NCBI GenBank assembly: GCA_030390025.1
Contig: CM059433.1
Location: forward strand, 23,686,001 to 23,750,000
DNA: 64,000 nucleotides
Direction: 5' to 3'
DNA from: Squalus acanthias
Lineage: Eukaryota
Position 1 is the stretch's first letter. Every line of letters starts with the position of its first letter. The notes under the pieces are model-generated. The model did not search any database. It saw nothing but the letters and a program-made list of their open reading frames with translations, and was not told the DNA's origin. Positions 36,900 to 50,224 of the stretch are shown here, one piece after another. The translations under genes and the position numbers were made by a program.

Positions 36900-37651
36900 G
36901 GCGAGGAATTTTAATCCCCAAAAATGGGTGGGTTTGGGTCGGGTGGGAAGTAAAAATGTAAAAAATTTCAAAACCAAACCCAACCCACTTCGAACCTGCC
37001 CATTTCCGGTTTTAACAGAGGCAGGACGAAGGCAAGCAACCTGCTTCTAGGAGATGGGTCTCTCATTTGAATAATTTAATGAGGTTGCATGCCTCAGATT
37101 CTTTCTCCGTTCCACCTTTAACACTGACCGGCCGGCTTTTCCAGGCCTCGGGAAACCCGGCAGCTGAAGGGCGGCGAGGACTGCTGTGTGGAACAGGTAA
37201 GTGACTTTCCAGCACTGCTTGTGGGCCAGGAGGAGCAGGAGTGCGTCCCCCCCCAGCCCACCAAGCTATCTTGTTAATCTCCCCATCGATCGCATCCCCG
37301 CCCGCCGTCCCGCAATCCAATGCCCTCCCAATGTCCTCCCCGGCCCATGATTTCCTCCTGGACCCCCCACCCCCGCCCCATGTCCTCCACGATCTTCTCC
37401 CCTCCTCCCCCGATCTCTCCGGCCCTCTCCGATCTTCTCCACTCTTCCCCCAATCTCTTTGGCTCTCCTCTATGCTCCCCGGCTGCAGCCTGGTGCTGAA
37501 GGCCTACCCACCCGACAGCCAGTCAGCCTCTCAATCTGGCTGGCTGCAGCCGGGAAACAAATTTCAAAAATGCGAATCAGGTCCTGCCGTTAAATTCGGC
37601 CGCAAAACTGCCCTCCCGCTCCCTCCCTGCCTCCCCTTAACTATCGGGGCC
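36900..37651. mobile_element. Probable Harbinger-type MITE
   Basis: GC-rich island ending aactatcggggcc; left TIR degraded. Confidence 0.4.
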
Positions 37652-37699
37652 TTGTAGTCCATGGGAAAGGTGATGCATTGGCTTGCCAATTTTATATTA

Positions 37700-38707
37700 T
37701 AATCATAAAATCATAGAATGGTTACAGCACAAACGGAGGCCATTCGGCCCGTCGAGCCCAGGCTGGCTCTCTGCAAGAGCACTTCAGCTAGTCTCACTCA
37801 CCCGCCCTTTCCCCATAACCCTGCAAATTCTTTTTCCTTCAGGTACTTATCCAATTCCCTTTTGAAAGCCGCGATTGAGTCTGCCTCCACTGCCCTTTCA
37901 GGCAGTGCATTCCAGATCCTAACCACTCGCTGCGTAAAAAGTTTTTCCTCATGTCGCCTTTGGTTCTTTTGGCAATCACCTTAAATCTGTGTCCTCTGGT
38001 TCTCGACCCTTCTGCCAATGGGAACAATTTATCTCTATCTACTCTGTCTAGACCCTTCATGATTTTGAACACCTCTATCAAATCTCCTCTCATCCTTCTC
38101 TGCTCCAAGGAGAACAACCCTAGCTTCTCCAGTCTATCCACATAACTGAAGCCCCTCATCCCTGGAATCATTCTCGTAAATCTTTTCTGCTCCCTCTCTA
38201 AGGCCTTCACATCCTTCCTAAAATGCGGTGCCCAGAATTGGACACAATACTTCAGTTGAGGCCGAACCAGTGTTTTATAAAGGTTCATCATAACTTCCTT
38301 GCTTTTGTACTCTATACCTCTATTTATGAAGCTTTTTAAACCGTTTCCTCAACCTGCCCTGCCACCTTCAACGATTTGTGCACATATACCCCCGGGTCTC
38401 TCTGTTCATGCACCCCCTTTAGGATTGTACCCTTTAGTTTATATTGCCTCTCCTCGTTCTTCCTACCAAAATGTATCACTTTGACTTTACTGCATTAAAT
38501 TTCATCTGCCACGTGTCCGCCCATTTCACCAGCCCGTCTATATCTTCTTGAAGTCTATCACTCTCCTCCTCACTGTTCACTATACTTCCAAGTTTTGTGT
38601 CATCTGCAAATTTTGAAATTGTGCCCTGTACACCCAAGTTCAAGTCATTAATATATATCAAGAAAAGCAGTGGTCCTAGAACCGACCCCTGGGGAACACC
38701 ACTGTGT
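37700..38707 (-). mobile_element. CR1 LINE 3' end (~1 kb)
   Basis: [28 protein letters not shown]; 150-aa ORF2 C-terminal ORF 37839-38291. Confidence 0.93.
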
Positions 38708-39500
38708 ACCTTAGACAAATACACAAGTTCCGCAAAACAGGGAATACTTGGATCACCAGCCATTGACACATTCCCTGACACACTTTCTCTCACTGTGAGG
38801 AGAATTTCATCTACTCAGCTGAGAGATTCATAAGTAACAGTCTAAAAGTTCACTTTTTATGCAGTTTCTAGTTGCCATGACCCTGCTCCCATTGTTTCTG
38901 ATCACAGAAATGAGAAGAATGTCTGCCCACAGTGCAGGTGCATCCATAGAAAAATAATTGGAGGCTCTTCACGGTTTAAGCCTGTTCTTTACTGAAGATT
39001 AAAGGTAGTTATATCCCTAGGTATCCAGCAGCCTTTTTACTGAGAGGCACAATCCCATGAAAGTTGAAGGTTTTTAGAATATTATTAAAACTCAGACAAG
39101 CCACGCAGCCATCGTACTCCAGTCACAGCCTTCAATTTCTCTTAGTAGTCTTTCCTGTTATGTTATACCATCATTTTTTTTTAAAAAGGTACAAACAAAA
39201 AAACAGGTGCAAACATGGTGCTTTGGCTTATAACACGGAAGGATGGCTAGGTGGCTTTAGGCAAGTCAAAAATATTATTGGATTCTAAAGATTGTATGTA
39301 CGTGTCTAAAAACAGTTGCAACAATATCTCAATTGGTTAAGGCAGTGTGTAGCTGAGCCACACAGACAATAGACTGTGCTCGGTTGGACCAGGGGCAGGA
39401 ATGCTACCACCGGCCACAGTACAACTGGGTGAGGCAAGGAAAGAGGTTCCTATTCCTAATTGCTGCCCCTTGTCACCCCTGTTAGAATTGTGTATGTGTG

Positions 39501-39842
39501 TTTTTTTTTAATTCGCTTATGGGATCTGGGCATCGCTGGTAAGGCCAGCATTTATTGCCCATCCCTAGTTGCCCTTGAGAAGGTGGTAGTGAGCCTCCTT
39601 CTTGAACCGCTGCAGTCAGTGTGGTGAAGGTACTCCCACAGTGCTGTTAGGGAGGGAGTTCCAGGATTTTGACCCAGCGACGATGAAGGAACGGCGATAT
39701 ATTTCCAAGTCAGGATGGTGTGTGACTTGGAGGGGAACTTGGAGTTGGTGGTGTTCCCATGCACCTGCTGCCCTTGTCCTTCTAGGTGGAAGAGGTCGCG
39801 GGTTTGGGAGGTGCTGCCGAAGAAGCCTTGGCGAGTTGCTGT
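39501..39842 (-). mobile_element. LINE 3' end (CR1/L2-group family with poly-A tail)
   Basis: SNSPRLLRQHLP...RSFIVAGSKSWNSLP; same family at 41840-42257 and ~55304-55385. Confidence 0.8.
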
Positions 39843-40714
39843 GTGTGTGGAGAGAGCGAGAGAACATTAGATGAGCACAGAATCTAGCTCAGCTGTGAAG
39901 CCCTCAGGGTCAAGTACCAGGTCGACACTTATTTCCTGCCTCACAGATACCCGATAAGGTACTAGAGGATAACCAGTGCCCATGAAACTTTATCACAGCA
40001 AGTGCTCAATGCCTCCAGTCAAGGAGAAGTGGGAGAGGAAAATGGTAAAGGAAAGAGAAAGCACATGTTCAGGTTGCAAATGCGCCTAATACTTGCCCCT
40101 GTCTAATGCCAGTCAGCCGGTTAACTGATCTGAAACGAATACTACGACAACAACAAAAAACCCAAAAAACAAAAACCAACAACAATTTTTGCGGCATCTT
40201 TAATGTAAAAAATGTCCGCAGGCACTTCACGAAATAGAAGTAAACGAGCAAACGGATGCCGATCCAGAAAGGGAGAGATTAGAAGGGGTGACTGAAAGTT
40301 TGGTTGAAAAAGCTGTGTTTTGAGGAGGATTTTCAAGATGGAGACAGAGGTGGAGAGAGGGAGAGATTTGGGGAGGGGGTTCCCGAGAGAAGGGTTGTGC
40401 TGCCTGGAGGCTCTGCCACCAGGGCTGGGCTGAAGGGAGAAGGGATGCATGCACGTTCTGAGTCAGAGGTAGGGCTATGGGGTGGGAGGAGATTGCAGGG
40501 ATAGAGTGGGGCAAGGCCATGGGGAAATTTGAAAACTAGTATGAGGACTTTAAGTTTAATGCATTAAGAGAGAGCTGTAGGGCAGCAAGGGTGTGAGGTG
40601 ATGGGCAAGTGGGACATAGGGCGGGATAGGATACAGCCGGCTGAATTCTGGACAAGTTGAGTTTATGGGATGATGGAGGAAGAGAGTCCAACAAGAAAAG
40701 CATTAGAGTAACTC

Positions 40715-40871
40715 GGAGTAATTTTTACTTTAAGTGATAGTGTAAAACGGGCGATATCGGATCAGCTGCCTGTTATACATCTCTCCCGATTTTAATTTCC
40801 AAGGATGTATAACGGGCAGCTGAATTGAAATCGCCCGTTTCACACTATCACCCAAAGTCAAAGTTACCCCC
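40715..40871. mobile_element. Fold-back MITE related to 17758-17914
   Basis: gtgatagtgtaaaacgggcgat..cagctgcctgttatacatc / gatgtataacgggcagctg..atcgcccgtttcacactatcac inverted arms. Confidence 0.8.
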
Positions 40872-40874
40872 ATT

Positions 40875-43009
40875 AGTCTGATTTTTGCCGGCTCTCAGAG
40901 GGTGGGTTCGGAGGCGGGTCCACTGTCAAAATGGCAGTGATTGACAACAGGGTGGAAGTCCGCTCTGAACCCGCCTCCTTGTTAATTTCCCAAGTTCTGG
41001 CTCTGCCTGAGGTTTGCAGACCCGGCACTAAGCGGCATGTCAGGCAATTGAGATACTTAAGAAGCTGCTTAAAGATAGTTCAGCAGCATTTTACCAGGTC
41101 CTAACGATTTTTCCATGTTTTTTATGAGGTTCCCGGCGCTCGGGGATCACATCAGGTAAGTGTCTCGGGTTCTCAATGACTCTGCATTGCTGTGAATAGT
41201 TGACAGCTGCAAAAGTGGTATAAAAGCTACCATTTCACAGCTGTTCAATTTCCAAACTTAGAGGCTGGAGCCTTCAGGATTCGGCTTTTCAGCTTTATGG
41301 AGGTTTGAAGTGTTTGGAGCAAACTCTCTATCCAGTGTCACCTCCTTGGAGCAACCTCTCTCACCACTGACAGATCGCTTCAGTCATTTCAACCTCACCT
41401 GCCATCTATTCCATCAGCATCGGTGCCCTTGAAAAATCTCACCTTGGTCCTCAGAATCCCACCATGATCAGCCCCAACACCAGCAGCACCAGCATCACCA
41501 GGCACACCAGCAGCACCAACAACAACACCAAACTTCTCCGCAATCACCTGGATTGCTGCCCTGGAGGCCAGGGATGGCTTCACCATGGCCACATTTACTT
41601 CACTTGATGCTGTACACCCTGGCTGCCACATGATGCGCCAGGTTGGCACCGCCCCACACTAACACCATAAAGCATCCCTACAATGCCCAAGCCATTCCTT
41701 TCACACTCATCACCATTGCAGGGGGTACTGTTAGGTCTCGCCATTCACTGCAACTCACAAAGCCACTTCCAAAGGTGCACGCAGATCTGTCCAAGAAGGC
41801 AAAGTGTTGAAAATAAAGATATCAATGTTTGACAACACATTTTTTTTTATTATTCATTCATGGGATGTGGGCGTCACTGGCAAGGCCAGCATTTATTGCC
41901 CATCCCTAGTTGCCCTTGATAAGGTGGTGGTGAGCCACCTTCTTGAACCGCTGCAGTACATGTGGTGAAGGTACTCCCACAGTGCTGTTAGGGAGGGACT
42001 TCCAGATTTTGACCCAGCAACGATGAAGGAACGGCGATAAACTTCCAAGTCAGGATGGTGGGTAACTTGGAGGGGAACTTGGAGGTGATGGTGTTCCCAC
42101 ATGCCTGCTGCCCTTGTCCTTCTAGGTGGTAGAGGTTGTGGGTTTGGGAGATGCTGTCGAAGAAGCCTTGGCGAGTTGCTGCAGTGCATCTTGTAGATGG
42201 TACACACTGCAGCCACGGTACACCGGTGGTGGAGGAGTGAATGTTTAAGGTGGTGGAAACTTTACATGAACATTGGCTAAAACACCCAAATGCCTACCCT
42301 TGTTTGTTGTTAGTTGATATGATTGGACAAGGATGAGGGTGAGTGTGAGGGGTGGCTAGTGAGATGGGGAAGTGATAATGTAGATAGAGAGGGATGGGTG
42401 GAGGTGCAAGGTAAGTTGTTGTGAGTAAGGATGTACAGGAGTAGGGTAGGGAAGGCAGAGTGATGAGGATGTGATGAGTAGCACAGCAGGATGAGGCTGA
42501 GTGTGGCTTGGCAGTAACATTTTGTGATCCACTGAGATCATTGAAAGGCTTGCGACACTGCAGCCTGGTCCTCCTGACGACATCCCTGCTTGTGTCCTCC
42601 TGTGCAATGTGCAACCAGGCTGCGTTGGTCTCCTGGGGAGGTCTCTTCCGTTCATTGGTGCTGTGACTCCCTCTATAAGCATATGGAGGGAGTAATGGGA
42701 GAGCCTGGGTGCAGCCATGCACCTTTGTGCAGTGCTTGTCAGTGTTTGCAGCACCTCAATGCTGTAGAACACTGACAGCACAACTGTCAAAATGATTGTG
42801 GACATGGCCCCTTTAAGGAAACCGGCTGATGACGCATCATCAGATAATGTCATCAGACCCGCTTCCTATTAATTGGCCGGGAACCTCGCAGGGCGGGCTT
42901 AACAAGCCCCATCAATGGAAAATCTTGTTGGAGGCCAGGATCGAGACAGATGCCAACATGCCACGGCGTCGCCCGCCATGAACCCGCCGAGGTTGGAAAA
43001 ATCCAGCCC
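40875..43009. mobile_element. Degraded non-autonomous Harbinger with a Myb/SANT remnant on the minus strand (~42520-42730)
   Basis: Right TIR AAAATCCAGCCC, degenerate left TIR, ATT on both sides; 'RTRLQCRKPFNDL'. Confidence 0.65.
41840..42257 (-). mobile_element. LINE 3' end (same family as 39501-39842)
   Basis: AAVCTIYKMHCSNSPRLLRQHLP; poly-A tail. Confidence 0.85.
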
Positions 43010-45154
43010 ATTGAGTCTGAAAATGAAAAAAGCATATATGAGGGTTTCTGCGACAGAGGGGCTGAGGTAGGGGCAAAGGCAAGAGATGTGGTAGAGATGG
43101 AAATAAACAGTCTTGTTGATGGGTAGGAGGTGGGCTTTAAAGCTCAGTTCAGGGTCAAACAGGATGCCAAGGTTCTATGTGGTCATGATTCAGCCTGGCT
43201 GAAGAGGGGAATCGAGCCAATGGTAAGAGAATGGAATTTGTGGCAGGGACCAAAAACGATGGATTCAGTTTTTTTTTCAATGTTAAGGTGCAGAAAGTTG
43301 TGGATAACCCATGACCTGATGTCGGAATAGCAGCCCGATAGTATGGAGGTTGCCAAGAGATCAAGAGGAGTGGTGAAGAGGTAGAACCGAGTGTTGTCAG
43401 TGTACATGCAGAAGCAGACCCTGATATCACTGAGATGATGATGCACATAGATAAGGAACAGCAGGTGGCCAATGATAAATCTTTGGGGGACTCATGAGGT
43501 CACAGAATTGGGGAGGGAAGAGAATACATTGCTACAGATAGATAGAAACAGAACCAGGCAGAGACAGATCCAGGGAGCAGGACAACAGAGGAGATGCAAT
43601 GGTGGAGAATGTCATGGTCAACTGCGTCAAAGGCTGCGGAGAAAACGAGGAGGACACAGAGGGATAACATAACATTGTCACAGTAACACAGGATGCCATT
43701 TGTGACTTTACCTAAGATCATTTCAGTGCTGTGGGAAGGATGGAGACCAGTTTGGAGGGATTTCAACAGGGAGCTTGGCAGAGATGGGCACTGAGTTAGA
43801 GGCAACAACATGTTCAAGGGCCTTATAAAGGAAGGAGAGATTAGAGATGGGTGAAAATGTTAGAGGACAGTTGGATCAAGGGAATTTTTTTTAAGAATAG
43901 AGACGATGACTGTGGTTTTGAAAGGGGCGGTACTCAGGTAGGGGGCCCCATTGACTATGTCAGCTGTCATGGGAGACAACAGGAGGAGTTGAGTGGAGAG
44001 GGGAATCAATAGATGGAGAAGATAAACTTGGAGAGGGGAAGAGAGAGATTGAGAAAAAACTGCAAAATTACATGGATTGAGGGTGTAAGTAGGTGGGCGT
44101 TCAGGGCTTGGAAGGAAGTATAATTCAGTCACTAAAATGTTAAAGAACCAGAAAGGCGGCCTTCCTTATTGCTTCAAGGTGGCACTTGATACAAATGTGA
44201 TTATGGTATGTCCAAAAGGTTTCTAAACACTTTCAAAACTCTCCTATTATTAGTCAAAAAAAATTCTGCCAAAATTGACATTTGTTGCTTAATGGTATTG
44301 GTTTAAAAAAATAGAAACTGATCTTCTTTTGCAAAATTATATTAATTATTTTTAACAGCATGTGGAAACTAGATCTAATTATGCAGTTAGTCCACTGTAT
44401 AATTTTCCTAATCTGTGTAATTAGAAGGATAGTAAATGTATCCTTGCTTTTACATTGAGTTTTATTGTGCTGGCTAACAGATAAAATATAGCAATATGTA
44501 ATTCTAATCAGCTCCAAAATGAGGACTAATAATTTGAGCACGATGGAACTCTTGGGATATAGAACAAAATTGGTTATTGAATCATGCCATCTAAAGACAA
44601 GCAACAGATTCAATTTCATTCCAAATATATTTATTACTTGCAATTAAAATGTCTCCCTTCAGTCATTCTAAGGAGAAATCACAAGCTCCTTCACAGGCCT
44701 GGATTTTAGCTGTCAGCGGGTTTCTGCATGACTGAGTTAACTTCTTGCCCGCCCGCCTGCAGCAGAATGAGGCCCAGATAAGTTTGACGACCAGACATCA
44801 TTTAAATCTGACCGGCCGACTTCTACACATTCCGGACAGGAAGAGGCGGAAAAATACACAGTCCGAAAGCCACCTGCCAACGGCAGATAAGTGGCAAGTG
44901 GCTTACTGAACTGTCCAGAGGGGGCTCCTGCAATTGTGGAGGTGGAGGGCTGAGTTCCCAGCAGGGGTGGCTTAAGCTTTCCATGTGGAGCCCAGAGGAA
45001 CACTCCTACTCCTCCTGGCCCCACAAGGATAGTCATTTTTTTTTTTAGAAACTTCCCCTTTTGTACCTCTTCTGGCCCTGATCATCTTTGTCACTGAGTT
45101 GGCCTGGCAGGGAGCTTACTGGCACTTCCCGCTCAGGCCACCTAGTAGAAATTG

Positions 45155-45365
45155 CAACAACAACAGGAAATGCTGGAAACACTCAGCAGGTCAGGCAGCA
45201 TCCGTGGAGATAGAAACAGAGTTAACGTTTCAGGTCTGGGACCCTTCGTCAGAACTGGAAAAAGTTAAGAGATGTAACAGATTTTAAGCAGGTGCAGAGG
45301 CAGGGAAAGGGGGGAGGGGAGGAAAGAACAAAAGGGACGGTCTGTGATCTGGTGGAAGGCAGGAG
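45155..45365 (-). mobile_element. Penelope-like pLTR fragment
   Basis: Longer copy of the 416-540 family, lying within a probable MITE that starts ggcctggatttt at 44696. Confidence 0.75.
45220..45256 (-). ncRNA. Minimal type I hammerhead ribozyme motif (Penelope-associated)
   Basis: Minus strand agtt-CTGACGA-a-gggtc-cca-gacct-GAAACGTT-aact: stem I, stem II, intact core and palindromic ACGT stem III. Confidence 0.7.
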
Positions 45366-45464
45366 AGATTAAATGTTGCAAATGGGGATGGCAGAACAAT
45401 CAACAGCTGCCGCCTGAAAAAATAGGGGCAGAGGTTATAGCTGAAATTGTTGAACTCAATGAAC

Positions 45465-46923
45465 TCAGGCGCTTCTGGGATCACGTGGGCTGGCCCAACC
45501 AATGGAAGAAGGGAATCCCCATTCAACCTTTTGATAGTTCTGTACGTACAGAACTGTCAAAAATATGAATGGGGATCACCTAAAAAATACACCAGCAAAT
45601 TAAATTTAAAAAATGTTTTAATTACATATTTAAAATTAATTAAAATGCCATTTAATTAAATATTTTAAACAAAAAATTTTAGTTTTTGAAAAAAAAATTA
45701 AATGTTTTGATGGGGCTAAAAATAAACTTACCTTTTTGAAGAGTATTTTTAATTTATAAATGAGTTATCAAATTTCATTTTTCTATTTTTTTAAACTCTT
45801 AGGGGGAGAAATTCAGTATTGCCCCGTTTGGGGCGCGATTATCGGTCGGGTGCAAAGTTTAGCGCCTGCCGCTAATTATCGCCTGCGACTGCAAACTTGG
45901 CTTTTATCGCCCCTGGAGGTGATTGGAACACTAAATCAGGCGCTGCACACCTGTCTTAAGGCGCAAAGGCCGAGGAGCGAGGCGCTAACTCAGAGCGCTG
46001 GCGAAGCTCATGTGATGTCAGTCAGCGATGGAACACAGACACACTGTCGCCAGCCAGTTCTTAAAGGGGATTGGGTCGATCTTGCTCTCCATCCACACCC
46101 TGCTTATTGCAGCCTTGAATCTAGGCTTGCAGAGACCTGTACATCAAATCTCTTGGAAAGAACAATGGAGAGGCCCAGGAAAGAGCTCAGAGCGCAGCCC
46201 CCACAGTCTCTTCTAAATCGATGCAAGGAAGATCAAATAAAAAAGAACCTGCAAAGTGCTGCTCAGTACCCAAAACTCCTCAACACAGCTTTGAATATTT
46301 CCTGCAGTCTCTCTCTCTCACTCAGAATGCGTGGTAAAAAAATTTCGCCAACAAAAAAAGGCAGGAAGCAGTCGCCTTTAAATAGCGCTCCCCCAGTCCC
46401 TTCCTGACTGCAAAACGCTCCCCTCAACCTGTCGTTGCTAGCGGCAGGCGGTAAGACAGGGGGTGCCACTCAGTATCCGCTCCGGGGCACTATCGGGGCG
46501 TTGCACGCTCGATTGACGTCACGATCTGCGGGCGCAGGAGATCGTGGCGGTAGTGTTTAGCGCCGCCGCAAAATGTCTAGTCAATTTCATGAGCAGCGCA
46601 AACATCACCGCGCACGGGCGCTAGTTGCTTTGCACCACATTAGCGCCCTCTTAAGGCGCTAACGGGAGGCGCAAACCAACCGAATTTTTCCCCCTTAAGC
46701 TGGTAAAAGCAGGCCTTACGCCTGCTTTTAACAGGCGTAAGAATTTGACAGTCATTCAGCGGGTGGAAGTTGTGCAAAAAGTGCAACTCTCCACCCGCAG
46801 AGGCCCTTTTCCCGGGCAGGTGGATGATCTGTCAAGAGAATTCTTGACAGATCTCAAGTACCGGGTTTCAGCGCATGCGCCTCGCACCTCGTACGCACCC
46901 GTGGGGGTCGCAAAATACGGACC
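45465..46923 (-). mobile_element. GGCC-TIR MITE (left end truncated) interrupted by a GGGGG-TIR element
   Basis: Reverse-complement colinear with 34063-34809; ends aaaatacggacc. Confidence 0.8.
45802..46694 (-). mobile_element. Non-autonomous Harbinger, 893 bp, GGGGG-TIR family
   Basis: TIR GGGGGAGAAATTC/GAATTTTTCCCCC, TTA TSD (45799-45801 and 46695-46697). Confidence 0.93.
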
Positions 46924-46934
46924 ATTATCTTTAA

Positions 46935-47108
46935 CTGGTCAGTATCACATTGCTGTTTGTGGGATCTTGCTGTGTGCAAATTGGCTGCCACGTTTCCTAC
47001 ATTACAACAGTGACTACACTTCAAAAAGTACTTTGTTGGCTGTAAAGCACTTTGGGACGTCCGTCCGGTGGTCATGAAAGGCGCTATATAAATGCAAGTC
47101 TTTCTTTC
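46935..47108 (+). mobile_element. Deu-domain SINE 3' fragment
   Basis: Family match. Confidence 0.8.
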
Positions 47109-47637
47109 ATTTCACATCTTGCAAACAACCTCCCACCTTGGATCAATCTTTTAGCTAGTCCTTTTATCAGTTACATATCAGCATCCTAATCAATTGCACG
47201 CAAGGCAAAACAATTTTTTTTAAATTGCCTGGTTAATGCTAGCAGTCCACAGTCCACATGGTGCAATTTAGTGGGATTTATAGATTTTTTTATAGTTGGA
47301 ATACTTATTAAACTGCTCACAGCTCTAATATCTTCGCTGTTTAAATCATTTAAATATTAAACCAAAATTCTGAAGAATTTTTGTTATGTAACCTGGCAGC
47401 AGTTTAATGTAAATAGCAATATAAATAAATCACATTATCACATAACCTGAACATTGTAATATTTGCATTATTAAGGTATTAAATAATTTTGAACTATAAT
47501 TCTATTGTCTGATTCTTGCAATTTATTTGTGTGAGACTGTAATTGTGACAGATTACAATTGTTTCTTAATATATAAAATCAGTTATGATTTGGATTATTG
47601 ATTTGGCAAAATAACAGTGCTATGTAAACTGTTGCTA

Positions 47638-47950
47638 GGGCAGCACGGTGGCATAGTGGTTAGCACTATTGCCTCACAGCGCCAGGGACCCAGGTTTGAA
47701 TCCGGCCTCGGGTGACTGTCTGTGTGGAGTTTGCACATTTGCCCCGTGTCTGCGTGGGTTTCCTCCGGGTGCTCCGGTTTCCTCCCACAGTCCAAAGATG
47801 TGCGGGTTAGGTTGATTTGGATATGATAAATTGACCCTTAGTGTTAGGGGGGATTAAATACGTGGGGTTACGGGGATAGGGTGGGATATGTGTCGGTGCA
47901 GGCTCGACGGGCCGAAATAGCCTCTATCTGCACTGTGGGGATTCTGTGAT
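47638..47950 (+). mobile_element. HE1-like V-SINE
   Basis: tRNA-like head gggcagcacggtggcatagtgg, V-domain tgcgtgggtttcctccgggtgctccggtttcctcccacagtccaaaga, CR1-type tail. Confidence 0.9.
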
Positions 47951-48012
47951 AAACAGAAAGAATGTATTGCCTCATTTTCACATCATTCTGACTTTGGCAA
48001 CATATGAAATAA

Positions 48013-49760
48013 AGGGGGTGAAATTCGATAACGACAAAAAACAGGCGCTGGCACCGCGATGTGAGATATGCCCGCACCCGTTCAGAAAGCGCAGGCAGCA
48101 CATTAATTTGGTGCTGCCTGCTAATTAACACGATAGAAGTGCTTAGCCTAGCGACGAACGCACTGCTGACAGGCTGTGCGCTCCGCAGGGGCTGAAGTTT
48201 GTTTTGCTGGAGGGAGGCTAGCTTTACTTAAAGCTAGACTGCTCCTTTTCAAGGCAGTCTACAGTTCTTAAAGCTGAACTGCCACCTGCACATAAAAAAA
48301 ATTAAAATCCTTTAGAACTAGGCAGTCTGCATTTCTTAGAGCTGGGCTGCCTTCTGCACATATAAAATGCTAAAAGTGCTTCAACACTAACACAAATGGC
48401 TCAACAGGCCAGGGAATGGGTAACCAGGGTCACGGACACAGCACTCCAGCTTTGTGCAGGTGGTCAACACTGGAAGAGAGGTCCTCTACCCACAGGGGCC
48501 AGGAGGCCCTCCAGAAAGAAGGATATGGGACCAGATTGAGTCACTGCCAGCAGTGTCGCCCCCAGGACCTGGCTCCAGTGCCCAAAGAAGTTTCATGACC
48601 TCAGATGAGTGGTCAAGGTCAGTGAATGCATCTTCAAATGCTATCTCCTACCAACTGCACTACTAGCCTCCCACACTGCTCAATACACGACTCCAACTCC
48701 CATCACTCACCTACCAACAATCTCTACCAAACATGAGGCACACCTCGCATACCTAGCTTCACCTCACCCCTTTGGAGGAGACGGTGCTGGCCATTCTTGG
48801 CAGGGGCATGGCTGAGCCCTTGACCAGCGGCAGGGCTGGAAGAATACAAGATGCCCGTATCCTCATACGTTATCCTCCTTCTCACATCCCACTTCGCCCT
48901 CATCCCACAATATCTTCTGATTTATAAGCTGCACATGGTGTAAGCATGCACCTCTTGCTTTCCCACCCTCCCCTCACCACAACCCTACACTTGTGCCTTT
49001 CTCAGTTCAGACACCCAAGAAATCCAGCCTTCCCACCCAGTGGTTGACCAAGAACAGGGAGAGGAGAGTGAAGAAGAAGAAGAAGCACCGTCACTCGATT
49101 TCACACTCCCAGCACCAGCTCCTCGAGGTCGTCCTGCAAGGCCATCGGCAGTGTTCCCTACTGAAAGTCAGCAGCCTTCCACCAGCCATGCTGCAGCCAC
49201 TGGGGCAGCACTGCGTGACATCACTAGGATAGGCAAAGGCACACGCAAGACAGTCACTAAGGGAATGCACAAGGGTGATTAGTTGATTTTTTGATGTAAT
49301 ATTGGATGCTTATATGGATAAAGTTGGATTGGAAAGTTTGCTTTGTGGTGGCTTTTGTTTCAGCATTGTGGCCAAGAGGACGCTGTGATGGTCAGTAACA
49401 GAGGTAAGGTAAGGTATGGGACAAATGTTGAAAGGGGAATTGGGGTTGTGTTCACTGGTACCGTGGGCGGATGATTCGATCCCGGATATCCCGGCCAGAA
49501 AGGGGCTCTCTGGGTTGCCTCCTTCCTCCTGCTTCCTCCTCTTCTGCTTCTTCCTCTTCTGCTTCCTCCTCTTCCCTCTGCGAGCAGCTTGTCCCCTTTG
49601 CTGCCTCTGCCCCATCTCCATGTGGTGTTGCAGCCCAAGGGGGACTGCAACTAGAGCCCCCAGGACTGGGAGCATGTGGTGTTCTCAGAGGCCTTCCTTT
49701 ATTAGCCAAAGCCTTGCAAGCGTCCAGCAGCATCCCTGCACACTTTCACAACTTTTTTAA
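48013..49760. mobile_element. Degraded Harbinger with a Myb/SANT pseudogene (+, ~48395-49282) and a convergent transposase-end remnant
   Basis: GGGGGTGAAATT left end; QCPKKFHDL; C-terminus PRGRPARPSA...QQPSTS.AAAT; acidic tail on the minus strand; right end not found. Confidence 0.65.
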
Positions 49761-49996
49761 TGTATTGCACCAAGCCACTACTCCAATAAAATGTGAAACA
49801 CCTTTGAGGTAGCCACAATAGAGATCATTACCTGAGAAACCCTAGCGGGCATAGCAGATGGCAAAGCTGGCGAAGGCACCCAAGTGAATGCTCAGTTTGT
49901 GCAACGTTTCCAGTAACTGGGACATTATCCGAGGTGAACAGCAGTACCATAGCAACAGTACAGATGATAGTATTGTCCTGTGAGTGCTCTCTCTAT

Positions 49997-50180
49997 AGAA
50001 CAACAATAACTTGCATTTATATCCCATTTAACATCCCAAAACATTTCACAGAAGCATAAAAGTGGACACCAAGCCAATGAAGGAGATATTGAGGGTGACC
50101 AAAATGTGGTCAAAAGTTGGGTTTGGAGGAGTGTCTCAAAGGAGGAAAGTGAGATGGAGAGGCCGAGATGATTAGGGAGT
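49997..50180 (-). mobile_element. L2 LINE 3' end
   Basis: aacaacaataacttgcatttatat tail and L2 3' sequence. Confidence 0.65.
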
Positions 50181-50224
50181 GCTGAGATTATCTACTCAAA
50201 AGACACATATATTCTTTTTTCAGC

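Larger units (their letters stand above)
40143..44100 (-). mobile_element. Old L2 LINE split by a hairpin MITE and a Harbinger relic
   Basis: L2 tail at ~40143; LQTG.HPSHSTE, VFSAAFDAVDH.IL, YTDNTRFY motifs at 43000-43800; sequence reads through from 40714 to 43010. Confidence 0.7.

Noticed and set aside
45760..46407. 215-aa ORF
   Set aside because: Crosses a transposon boundary, has no recognisable motif, and the frame is not preserved in the paralogue at 15460-16093
49832..49977. Minus-strand host exon (cacag...cag|gtaatg)
   Set aside because: Weak polypyrimidine tract, unrecognisable peptide and no partner exons found
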